Both the position numbers and the translations under genes were made by a program. Under the pieces are notes generated by a model. It did no database searches, was not told the DNA's origin, and worked only from the letters and a program-made list of their open reading frames with translations. A stretch of DNA of 64,000 nt from Balanoglossus misakiensis (taxonomy: Eukaryota; Animalia; Hemichordata): assembly GCA_040954595.2 (NCBI GenBank), contig CM082576.2, forward strand, positions 1,834,760 to 1,898,759. Reading direction: 5' to 3'. This document shows, in pieces, positions 41,301-53,900 of this stretch. Position 1 is the first letter of the stretch, and every line of letters starts with the position of its first letter.

Positions 41301-44300
41301 TTTTCAGGATTGGTGCGTTCTCTTTTTATGGTTTCCCAAAGAACCATCTTGCAAAGAGGCTTACGATGAAAAACAAAATATAAATGGTCTCCCTTATTTA
41401 AATTCAAAAAGATTGATTTAGATATATTGGCACTATACAGTAGTGTAATTGAACCATTCATTCAATTAAATCCTCAATTTTAAGAAAACAGATTTCGTAA
41501 TATTGCGTAACTGTGCCATACCATTATTACACGGAGCAATACAGTCAAGGGTATGAAAGCTCACAGCTAACCTATAATGGTATCATCATGATTAACAATG
41601 CCAGCGGAAAAGAACACATGACAGGCTCTTGGTCATGATACGTGATATACGACACACAGCCCCAGGGAACCTACAAATCTCAGGCAAAAACCATACATTT
41701 ATTTCTCATGAAAAATTCTTGGAAATAGAATGATTATTTAAAAACGGGAATGTGACTGTACATCTTGTGTTCGTATGATATGTTGCATCGGTGGTTATTG
41801 TTTCGTAACTTTCACTACTTGTATCATTAGTCATATCACTGATAACATTCACATCTGCGCCGTTGCTATAAGCTTGCCATACAGATTGACTGATACACAC
41901 ACAATGCCTAAAGAGTACTGAGTGCAATATGATGATCGCACATTTTCATTTCGAGAAAAAGATGATTATGTCAAATTTCCAGCTCTGGTGTGTTTGTATT
42001 GTTGCCACATTTATTTTATTTGTAGATGTGTTTGACAGAACTCCCTATTTTAATTAGTTTTAGCTTTACCTATTGTAAACTTTGGTATTTGGTATGCAAA
42101 TTTAGCTACAGTTACCATGGCTAATTGTGATATAGCCAATCACGGATTTTCCGTGGGTGACACATGCGGAAAAGAGTGCCACCATATGTAGAACTGCATA
42201 GGCCTATATGGGCGTATGTAAATTGGGGGTTTCCATACACCTTTATAAGGTCAGCCACACGTCGGTTGTCAAAGTGAACGGATTGGAACATGAGGTTGTG
42301 ATAGAATATAGGGTCCATTTACACGCAAGGTTTCGATTTCACTCTCACTGGCGACACCTATAGCAGTCGTACGACGATTTGCAATCATATCCAATGACAA
42401 GACCGAGAAAATGCTTTCAAGCAATTTAAACAACGAAAAAAAGACAATGATTGGAAGTCGTCGTACGATCCGGTGTTGCTACTAAGAGTGAAATCGAAAC
42501 CTTGCGTAATGGAACCTATATTCTGTCACCACCTCATCATGAGCGATGCACGTTGCTTGGCTGAGGCACCGTCGAGGTCGGGCGCGTTGTCATTTACACA
42601 ACGTTGGTTTCTGCACGACAAATGATAATTAATTGATATTCATGAGAGTGGGTTGTCTTGTTATTATATGCGCACAGCCTTGAAATGGACAGAGGAGAAT
42701 AATTGATTCATCACCGTTGATATTATCCATCGCTGTTTTCAATACCGTTCATGATTGCTTGTATTCCTCTTGAGCCAAATCACTTGGGCATGGTATGTCA
42801 TGGGACTGCAACATGCAAAGCTGCCATTTCGTTGTAATTAAACAGCTGTGCCCAAATCACTGTAGCTCGAAATTGATCATCGATACTTTGCTTTTTTAAC
42901 AGACTATACTTGCAGTCATCTGTCTACCAATTCACCGCTGGCTTTATATGTATACAATGACCAGTTTTATTGATTTTGGTCAGGCGTCAAGAGGAGTAGG
43001 CTTGTCTAACAGAATGGGCCATAATCACATTGAGATGTGTCTAGCCCATAAAGAGTGGTGCGTTTGGATGAAAAGTTGAGACATCGGTCACCACGATTAT
43101 CAATAAACATAACACGTTTTTGTACAATTTATTCATTTAGGCCTACTCCTCGGCGAAAGGTTACACACCCATTTTGTGTTCAATGTAAAAAGCAAGTAAC
43201 TACAGCTTCGACAGTGACTATAGGTTTCATGGGCAATTTTCAGTGTACTTTGAACACTAACAATCCCTTCTCTGTAATTTCCTGGCCCAAAATTTTCAAT
43301 ATTCAACATTTAACTTTGAATTTGAAATTAATTTGATGTTGCAAAAGGCAAAGGTGGGCATGCACTATTCAAGGATTTTTGTTGGTGACTAATTTTCCTC
43401 ACTTCCCCACGGTTCGTATTCGACAGGTTAGTGACAAACAGTATTGACAGCACAAATTCTACTACGCACGCGTAGTATAATTTCATATAACCGTTGGTTT
43501 TTCTCATTTCCTTTGACACTTTCCGCCTTTACTTGTCGATGACCGTTGCAAGCATGCGCATTCACGCAGTTAAGTGCAAACATTGAGGAAACGCAAATCA
43601 TTTTTCTAAGCAAGAGAAATGAAACCCCTTACTTTTCAAAAATGGGAGGAAACTGCTTACTTAAATGAAGGCTATTGAATTGAGTTATTAAGGTTGACAA
43701 TCTATATAGCTGTTTTAAAGTCTATGACTCGTCTGCTTTTCTTGTCATTGACGTCACATCTTGTTTGTTTGCTGAACAATAAACAATAAAAATTAAAGTG
43801 GTGTTTTACATATTAATTATATCGATTGCTCGATTTAAAACATTACTAAGAGACTATAAACGAGACAACAGACTAATGGAATAGTCTCAGTAAAGTCCTG
43901 ACAGACGAGAAATTGAAAATACACTTATTCTAAGTGTTGCTACGACTACCGCGCCACTATTTTCAATTAATCATCAATTATTAAATCTCACTTAATAGTA
44001 TATACGCAGTTATAGTCTTATTTGAAAGGTACATTACTTATAATAGTAAATATTTGAGCAAAAACAGTGTTTAAGTTTCGTTCGATAGAACCCCAGAAAG
44101 TGAAGGTAATTATGACTTTGTTTAGTTAACATAGCTGCAGATGGTACTAAGTAATCTCTCTTCATAAATATTGAATTTAGAATACTTCTTCTGAGATATT
44201 TTAAAATAAAGACAGGAATGAACATCCATTAGTCAAATGAGGCAAAACTGTTTACCTTGATGTTCACAAAAAACATCGGTGACCCCTTTCTCCCAGTTTT

Positions 44301-47300
44301 AAAGAAATAATTCTGCCTGATAAACTATCGCAGTTTGTTCAAAGCAACCATCTTGATGTTCTTAGCCGACGGCATAAAGGGTAAATCACCCCAAACCGAC
44401 TTTGACCCTAGTTAAAACCTTATTAAGATATTCAACTTTGGTTGAAGTATTTAGATAATATGCAGAACAACAGCAACAACAACAACAACACAGCATTAGT
44501 AACAAATAATGTACAGACGCTTGCAGCAGACGTGAAGACAAGGGAGATTGTAACGACTCCCAACAACACAATCAAAATTGGATAGATGTGAGGTGATATC
44601 CGGTGAACGGCCTAATGCGTCTGAATAAGGGACTGTGCCGACTGTGATAATGAGGAACGTTGACGGATTCAAGTTGCTAGTGACTTTTAAGTTGACGGGC
44701 GTCATATTATTCAAGTGAAGACTGCCAAATTTTCTGACAAATCTTCACAAAAGTGATGTGATGAAGCAACGAGGACATGAAAGCCTTGACGGTGATGGAC
44801 TATACAAGCCACTATCGATGTTTATTTTGCACGGGAATATCTCTTTGATAACTAAAAATCCATAGGTTTCCGATCACTACTTATTTGTTAATTTCCGACT
44901 ATCGTCTAAAATAATTTCTTAAAATGGGATGACGGTGAGTATAGTATAGCCGAATCACTGAAATGCTAGAAAAAGTGACGAGAAATTCGGACATAGCGAC
45001 TGGCTGTTATGCAAATGAAACGCTCAACGTAGTTAGTGCGCGTTGCACGTCCAAGGCTTCTAAAAAGCATTAGTTAATTACACTGTTTTAATAATCATCA
45101 AGTCTTGGCAAAGAGTCCCGCTGTGAGGCGTACATTAGAACGACAAAATGACTTTCTATGATGGCCTTTGTTATGTGAATAAAATACTGACACAGACTAT
45201 ATGTTGTACTGTACATAATAACAGATCCATTATCTGTAATATCTGACTATTTTTTTATTTAAAATTTCCCATTTCGAATGACCATCGACCTATCTGACCT
45301 TTTCCGCTGGAATTATACGACAGCCATACCGTTTCAAGACTTTCGACGTGAAATCTTATATGAATTTCATCTTTATTTTCTCAACACTATAGTTTCTTTG
45401 ACGAATAATGTCCTGTTTTAATTTGAACAAACTACAAAATCTTCTGTAGGACATTTCTCAAACCTAGACAAGCTATGCCATTATGCAAACCTGTAAAATG
45501 AAAAGCTGTGGAGATCTAGTCAGATATAAAATGATTGCCAGTCGTTGCTTAGCGACGGGGATCATCACATATTACCTATTATCCCGCAAGTGTTCTGAAT
45601 ATTTATTACATTTTCCCACAAGGGTCATTGCCGCTAAGGGCAATAAAAACCAACATACCTGTGGCAATGGACATCGCCAGACACTGCATACTTGGCTATG
45701 GATACATTGGGTCAAAATTTCTCATGCATGAAGTACTAAAAATGCATGAAATGAAATATTAACGGAATGGAAATAAATCAGGTCACACATGTTTGGGCTA
45801 TCTTGCTTAAATCTATGCTCTGATGGATAAACAGCATTACGTGCACACACTATATACACAGTACGGCCATGCAGACCTCGAAGTAGTTGGATTGACCTTG
45901 GTTTGCGTGTCAATCATATTAGAACTTATAGGCGCAAAGGATGTCCACTGAAACATGCACAATGACCTGTTCTCATGGTTCAATTCACTACCCATACATT
46001 ACACGTAAATATTTCCATCACTTAATTTTGGTCAGTACCAAATTTATATTGCTGACGTATTCCCATAGGTGTAGGCTAAGTTGGTCATTTAGTATTTTTT
46101 AGTGATAGGATAACATAAACAGTCCATAAAAAGAAATAAAAAAATATTCAAAATAATGAGAAAAGTCGGCGACATTATCTATTTAAACAAAGCATTGAAA
46201 ATGTTTATTACTTTATTATCGTCTTTTCCTATCATCCAATACTTCATATCCTTTTCTTCCCTTCACCGATTTTTTTTACCATGGACGACTATATATGAGC
46301 GGGTGTTCTTTGTCAAATTACCGTGACTGATAAACCACCAGTAATTTTAACTATATAGTATACTACAAACACGTTGCTCATTAATATTGAAATTAGATCA
46401 ACTAGAAAGTAGTTAGGGGCTTCCATTGTCGAATTTTATTTGCATATCAGTCAATCATTTTCAATCTATAGATGCTGATCTATAGATGTGTATTTTTAAA
46501 TGTATGTCTGCGCTAGACAGGAATACCTAAAGTACCCGGATGTCAACTTGTTATTTACTGAAAACAGTATTTGTATCGGTACATCATGGCGAAATGTTTT
46601 GGCTGATTTCCTTAAAGTCTCATTCATTTCAATAATTTCTCATTTGAATAGTATCTATTATGTTTTAATGACATGGCGGCAAATGTAAAGTTTAACCAGC
46701 ATATACACCTTTGCCATGAGACTTTCATAGTGAAATTATTTAATGACAAAAATACCCATCAACATGGTCATGTGACGTATTGTTGTATTCACCAGCGGCG
46801 AATAGTCTTGAACCTGTAGTATTCGAGGAATGTTTATAACGATGCAACATTGAAAATTATTTTACTCTTTCCAATTTTTTGAGTCGTCACGCTGTTTATT
46901 TTGGATTTTATATACATACATTCACGAACACGCTCTAATAATGCCAGTTATACTGCAGCCATATTGAGTACACAGCTTGCGCATATATCATCTCAACTCC
47001 ATTGTTTGCGTTGTTTACAATGTTTTTATTATTCAGCTCTGCAGCTACAATTTTATACATTATAAAGGACCGTATATTTTTTGAAGATACAATAACTCCA
47101 CAAGAAGCCAATATATATTCTGAATATTAGGGCCTGAAGTATGTGACGATCATCATGATGGATGGCTTAATTTAAATAAAAAATAGCATCCCTTAGAAAT
47201 ATTCCAAGGTAAACTGAGTGCTAGATTATCACTTCGGAGTAAACTGTCAACGAACTGTGTCAGATTTCAGCATTAAATTAAATTAAGTGAAGTAACCTAT

Positions 47301-48804
47301 CTGGGAAGTGGCCATCACTGTAACAACTATGATAGGTTTGCAGCGTTTAATTTGTTCGTAGAGTGGTTCAAACGCAATAATACGTTTAGTTTAGAATTTC
47401 AAATCGCCAACAGTCCAAACTCTACCGGGCGCATGGGCATTAAAATCTCAGTACAGATTGACATAGAGGCCTATACTCCATGTAATAAACTCAATTACTC
47501 CAAACCAAGGTTTAATTTCTAGCCACGATATGAACTACTTTCATATCGTGGCGTTTTAATCTCTTCGGGTGGTTGTCATTGATGAACAGATGGTCGTTAA
47601 AATCATTTAAGCAAGGATATTTCCCATTCGTCACTTTGGTGTGGTTGCTACGGCCCAGATTATGTCCCGTGGAGCGTGGTTGATTTTAAAATTCACAGAA
47701 AAAATGAGATTGTTATCAATAGATTCACTCTGATTCACACAAGGACATTTTTTGCTATAATTTGGCTTTGGTTATTACTGAGATGACGAATGCTGCTTAC
47801 GGATAATTACTATTGGATAACATGACTGTTTATCCAGTTTTACTAAAAACGGTTATTTGATATATTTTATTCCAACCAATTTATAATTTATGCATACAGT
47901 GGTTGACCAGCTGGCGTACCCTTGGCGTGTAAACAGTGATACCTCGGTCCATAATCGATATTGTTATTCATCGTGAATTCAGATATTTTAAAACTGCCTG
48001 GTATTTATATATTTAGCTGTGTATTTGTATATTCAGATTTGATTTCGGCCGCACATTGAGTCACCTTTTACGTGTCATGGAATATCGAATGAAAGTTAAT
48101 AATGTTGAATGTCTTCATCGAGATTATGATGTAAATTGTCTCCGCCATGCCATGGCAGGACGGTTTTGGGGTCAGTAAAGCTACACAGAGGTCTAATCAC
48201 TACCAATTATAGTGATTTTACATGGATAATTATTGAAAAATAATCCAGCAGCACTGAGAGCCTTCAATATAATTAAATTGCCTAAATGGACAGATTATAT
48301 CTCTCCAATCTATGTGAGGATAATTTTGAAATGACTGGTTCGCCCACGACATGACACGAAACCTTGGCCACCTGTGAGATCCCACTCGGACAGATAGACA
48401 AGAACTTATAAAACTACACACATAAATTAAAGTCACTTACCTATCGTAGAAACTACTGTACAAACAAAATAGAATGATCCCGAGAAATCCCAGCGATCTC
48501 TCTTTTTATTTCGAAGGAGTCCTTTTGCTGCCGTCTCCTGGTGCAACGATAAAAATGTTTCAAAATCTTGCTGAAATGCGGCGAAGTCCGTTTCGTTCAT
48601 AGTCCTATTCCAGCGCATAAGAAATGCCGATTTTTTTTCTTCATAAGAGTTTTTATCCTTTTTCTCCTGTTCGTGCTCTATTGCTGAAAATATTGACGCT
48701 CCAATTAGTAGGTAAATAAGGATAAAAATCATTAAAAGTATAAAACGGGCATTGTCCTCCCGGAGATGTATGATATTGCACCAACCGCCGTTGTTCCGCG
48801 CCAT
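35357..48804 (-). CDS. KCNK13: Two-pore-domain K+ channel, THIK subfamily (KCNK13/KCNK12-like), 429 aa
   Basis: Exons 48804-48441 and 36282-35357 (1290 nt) with a 12,158-nt phase-1 intron. N-terminal LREDNARF, both filters GFG (VVSTIG|FGMTSP and AFSTIGFGD), WKPSVYYVM, and the tail DSDTDGRRMSGEMISMKDFLAANKVSLAVMQKQL are THIK hallmarks. Confidence 0.96.
37937..37950. promoter_or_regulatory. RFX X-box (best of many around the K2P genes)
   Basis: GTTGCCTTAGCAAC fits the GTNRCC-N(0-3)-RGYAAC consensus. Confidence 0.5.
38622..38759. mobile_element. Small foldback/MITE-like element (about 33 bp imperfect inverted arms)
   Basis: TGCAAATTTCACCAAATTTCCGGGAACGCCGACT (38622-38655) versus the reverse complement of 38727-38759, TGCACATTGCACAATTTCCGGGGAATGCCGACT. 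Confidence 0.6.
42290..42537. mobile_element. Foldback/MITE-like element with arms of about 90-100 bp in the THIK intron
   Basis: Left arm 42290-42388 is the imperfect reverse complement of 42447-42537. It includes a perfect 23-bp match ACGCAAGGTTTCGATTTCACTCT and TCGTACGACGA/TCGTCGTACGA. Confidence 0.75.
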
Positions 48805-50224
48805 ACTTAGTGGCACAACAAAACTGTGCGTTTGCTGGTTGATTTGAAACAAATCAGGATTTGAAAAGCAGAAGACAACACCCCTTTTTTGCAGTTCAGG
48901 CTGTAGCCCTTGGTGGGGTTTAATTTGTCTATCTAGTCAACGGCATCCATTTCGAACCGCCAATAACATATTCGATCTGAACATTTTGATAGTCAACACA
49001 AAAATGCCATTAATATATAATGAGAATTCTTCTTCTTTCCTTTTGACGTCTTTGGTTCAAAACTCCTCTTGGTCAGAATTCGCCGTTTTTTCTGTAGAAT
49101 TTCATCTTGAACATCTTTGCCTTGATTTACACCAATGTCCAGCGGAAACTGTGCACTTGGTATTGTCCATACTTATGTAGAGCATATGGACGACTGTTTC
49201 CAACGTTGCCAACTGTGCGGATAAACAAGATGGCGATAAGCGACAAGAAGCAACAACCACAAATAAATAGCGATCCTTCGTCGTTTTTGTTCCAACAGAA
49301 AGCCGACTAGTACGCTTCTCCCGTGAACATTTCCAGAAGATATTCAAAATCGATGTCTCCAATGATGACAAATTTCACCAAGGATCCAGTGATCATCCCT
49401 CTGAAATAAACGACAGTTACAATCAGTGAATATGTAATTGGTCAAAATGGCTTTGAGCTCTCGCGAAAAAAAGGGGTTGTGTTTAAAAGAAAAAATAATC
49501 GGCCCCGTATTACCATGGAAGCAGAATAGAAAGCTAACACAGTATATTCCTACCCATGAGACGTAAGGCTGTCCCTTTCAATTACAATTAGCTCTCTGCA
49601 ATGCGATTGGCTGTTGTGGGCCACAGGCTCTTCTAATCTTTATTCGGCGTCCCGTCGCAATATCGCAGATCGTTGAAAAAAGCTTGTTGTGCGCTTGCGC
49701 CATTTTCGTTTTTTGCAAAAATATATATATAAAGTCATTTCAGCATTTAAAAAAGCCACTGCAAACTTTCGGAATGTTTTCTGGTTGCTGGTATAACAGG
49801 TGTTAAGAAGAAGTCAAGGAATTCCAATAAAAATCAGTGTTCTGTGAGAAAGAATCGATCGCAGACATCTGCCATTTAAGGCCTTTTCAGACGAGAACAG
49901 GTGCAGCTGGCAAGAAATCGATCACGTGACTCGTACAGCGCAACATTAATATTAATATCTTATGTACTACAGTTACGTAGAAGATAATATTATGTTTGCC
50001 CTATACCCAAAATATTTAGCCTTGATTTCGGGTGGTCAACAGTATTTTCTGAACTGTCGCTATCGTTTTATGTGGTGTTATTATCGAATCGATATCACAC
50101 AAGTCAATCGAAAATGAATGCGCTAGTTCCTTCCGACAGTTTCCTAAAATACACCGATAGATGTCGCTAAAGGTAAAATTCGTCGCACATCTCGTGACCA
50201 TACAGTATCAGTAATTTTGTAGCT

Positions 50225-50400
50225 GTATGTATGTATGTATGTATGTATGTATGTATGTATGTATGTATGTATGTATGTATGTATGTATGTATGTATGTAT
50301 GTATGTATGTATGTATGTATGTATGTATGTATGTATGTATGTATGTATGTATGTATGTATGTATGTATGTATGTATGTATGTATGTATGTATGTATGTAT
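50225..50400 (+). repeat. (GTAT)44 perfect tetranucleotide microsatellite
   Basis: Direct reading; it produces the spurious MYVC/HTYI ORFs. Confidence 0.98.
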
Positions 50401-50994
50401 GGATGGGTGGATAGGGATTCATTGTCTCACCATGGCGAGTAGCGCCAGTGACAGTGTCATGACACGCTCTGGGGTCTATGACATGACGTATGACATACAT
50501 GTAATGTTAACAAAACAACATAACCAACGGTTATGCGGTTGAGGGCGCACTACCGATAATGGCTGCCCCCATGCATAACTGACAACACTGTATAATACAT
50601 CCAAGTGAAAAGTAAATTTGGCATTATTTCCGACATTCACAGACGATCGGAAACTGGGGAAATCGCGGATGCGCATTGATACGGGAATAGCTTGTTTTAT
50701 CAGGTACGGCAGTCTTTCTACTGACTTGGAACCACCTAGCACCTACAGCCCTGCGTACAGGTCTGTATGTTCACGGCGTTATACACGGCCTCCACCATAA
50801 CATTACCCTGCAAAGGTCCATAATGTATTGTAGATAAAATTGGTGCGACTGTGGTCCGGATCCGGACCGCAGCCTTTCGGTCGAAATTTGATTTTATCGA
50901 AGCAAAATCCTTTGCCTGTCTACTTCTAAGTCCCAACTGGCCCAGTAACATGTAACATCCTTTGACTTGCAGTATTTATTAAATTACAGCAGAA

Positions 50995-53900
50995 ATGTCG
51001 AGAGTAGGTTGTCGAATCACCAGTGAAGGCAACTATGGTACAGTAAGATTTATGGGAAAGGTACCACCAGCTTCAGGTATTGTTTTAACTTTTTCACTCA
51101 CAAGTGTCTTATACTGGTAATATTCACAAAATACACTACCACCCTATACAGATGTTTAAAATAAGATTTACATGTACATGTTATGTATTCAGTTCGTATC
51201 TAATCTGAAAAATTCCAGCACCACTTAAACTGTTCACACACAATAGTTGATGCCAGTATTTTAGCTGAGACATTTCAGAAACGTTTCAGTGGTCCCTGTG
51301 TGAACGCCGTATGCGTTTGATTAAAAAAACACTCAATGAATGTTTAATTATTTCAGGTGAATGGTTAGGTGTGGAGTGGGATAATCCTGCCAGAGGCAAA
51401 CATGATGGCATGCATGAAGGGATTCGTTACTTTCAAACAAGGTAGATTTATTTTGAAAATTTGTGGATGATGACTGGTGTAGATATCTCTTGCATGTTGT
51501 TTGGATTTTTTTAATGAATCATACTAAGGCAGTGTTTTAGAGTATTGTTCTTTGGATGACTACTGTACCATCACGAGCGACCATTTGACAATTGCAGGAA
51601 AAATATACATGTAGTAGTCTTATTTATTTCTCTTTCACTTAAAAATTCATGCAAATTTTGTTTTCCAGCCATCCAACAAGCGGATCATTCATAAGAGAGA
51701 CAAAAGTTGACTTTGGAATCAGTTACATTGAAGCTCTGATTGATCGCTATGGTTTACCAGAAGATGAAAACATGGGCATTGAAAAATCAGAATGGTTTGT
51801 GGAGACATTTGGGAAAAGACAGAAAGCAGTGGAAATGGTTGGAGCAGAATCGGTTGCTAGGAAACAAAGGTAAAGGGATGATATTATAATGAACATTGAA
51901 ACTGACACTTCTCATTCCGGGCAAGTCTTTTCATATGCAAAATTATAAATATGAGAAATTGTAGCCAATTTCCAGTTCCTATGCAGATTTTTTTCTGATT
52001 TTCTTCCCTTTACAGTGACTTCAGGAAGTTGGTGGAGGTTGCACTGAGGGAAATGAGAATATCATCTTCTGGTGGTGAATGCGATATACAAGATACTACT
52101 CCAAGTATCCTTAAAATACAGATTTTAAGTTTTAATGGGGAGACTCATAGATTGGGCTCTGTTCATTTGTGACTCAGAATGTAAGACTCCATCATTGGTG
52201 ACTTACAAGTGAGTTCACATGAATTTGACGGTCTCTGGCTTTTGCATAGAAACATGAAATGTGGCATGTGCTACCCAAGAAAGTTCATGTATGATACTTC
52301 TTAACTTGTTATGTTAGATGTCAGTGAACTTGATCTGTCCAAAAACCTCCTGTGTTCCTGGCAAGAAGTTGCCAAGATCACAAGACAAATGAACTCACTC
52401 AAGTTGTTGAACCTCAGGTAAGATGACTTTTTGTATGTATGTATGTCTCAATACCCATTCTAGTGTCACCCTGCCCTTTCATTGAGTGCATGTAATCAAA
52501 AGACAACGCAACACTGGGCACAAATGAATCCATTACTTGCAACAACTTCGTCTAACCCTGCGTTGCACACATACAAAACCACTTGGCTTCCAACCCCTCA
52601 AGACATTGGTCACATGAGTTACAAGTCTGTACACCATCCAATAACACAGTATGTGTCCAGCATACACATATACACATAATGAAGTATGAAAGAATCTAGT
52701 TTTTCATTATCAGTACCAACAAAATAACTTTCAGGTAATTATGTTGTTGTTTTCAGTGAAAATCTATTGGATCTACCATCAGATCCTACAGCATTGTCAT
52801 CAACTTTCCACAGTGTATCAGAATTATTTCTTAATTATATGAATTTAAGCTGGAAAGAGGTAAGTGTCTATTGTGATCAAGCTAGAAATGTTTTCGTGTG
52901 AATCAATAATATTTTAAAGCATTGTGGTATCATTCAATATCATTCAAACATATCCACACCAATTTGTATTTTGGTACAATCCAATATTGCCACCAGGCAG
53001 CCATTTTCTGTACCTATTGCTGCAGTTATACATTTTGTTTAGCACAATTGCTTTCCTCCGGACTTTCAGGTTATCGTCGTGGGGATGATATTTCCAAAAC
53101 TGAAGAATCTCCATGTTTGTTTCAACAAGATTTCAAAAATAAAAATGTATGTACCGGTATATAAGTACCAGTTACCTCATATCTGTAGAGTCCAGCATAT
53201 ACTCTTGACAAAATTAATGGAATTAGTATGCCTTTAGTTTGCATGTGATTGTCTGTCTCTGTCTTTTTGAATTTCAAAAATATTTCAAATGAAAATTTAA
53301 TTGTTAACACATAACATTGATGTAATTAAGAATTATTTCCTAATTTATATTTTCAGAAGTGAATGTGCCTTCCAGTCATTAGAGCTACTTAATTTAGAGT
53401 CCAATCAAATTGATGATTGGAATGAAGTTAAAAATTTAGGTCATTTACCAAGGTAAGGGAATTGTCTAAATATACTCCTTCCTTTTTTACTTAAGAAATA
53501 AAAAGAACAAAATTGGCAACAATTGCCTAGAATATGCATCCCAGTATAAATATTTAGTACTTGTGCTTGATGAATATCGCGATTTCTCAACTGCTTTAGC
53601 TTCACTCCAACTATGTATACATCTTCTATCTGCAGGCTGAACACACTAATTCTCAACAACAACACGATTGACAGAATTGAATTTGAAGAGACGCTGTTGG
53701 GTGCGAAGTCCTCCAGTTTTCTTGCTTTAAAGACAATATCCCTCAATGATAATAAACTCAACAGTGTAAGTTGAATTTAGTATAAATGGGAATTTTTCTC
53801 GATCTGTTTTCAAATAGACTTACAAACGAAAGTGACAGTCCTTTTTGTGTGATATTCGAAAATCACACTATCACCTGTCACCCTTTTCAAACCCACCCAC

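Noticed and set aside
50144-50542. ORFs with MYVC and HTYI repeats
   Set aside because: They are translations of the (GTAT)n microsatellite, not proteins.
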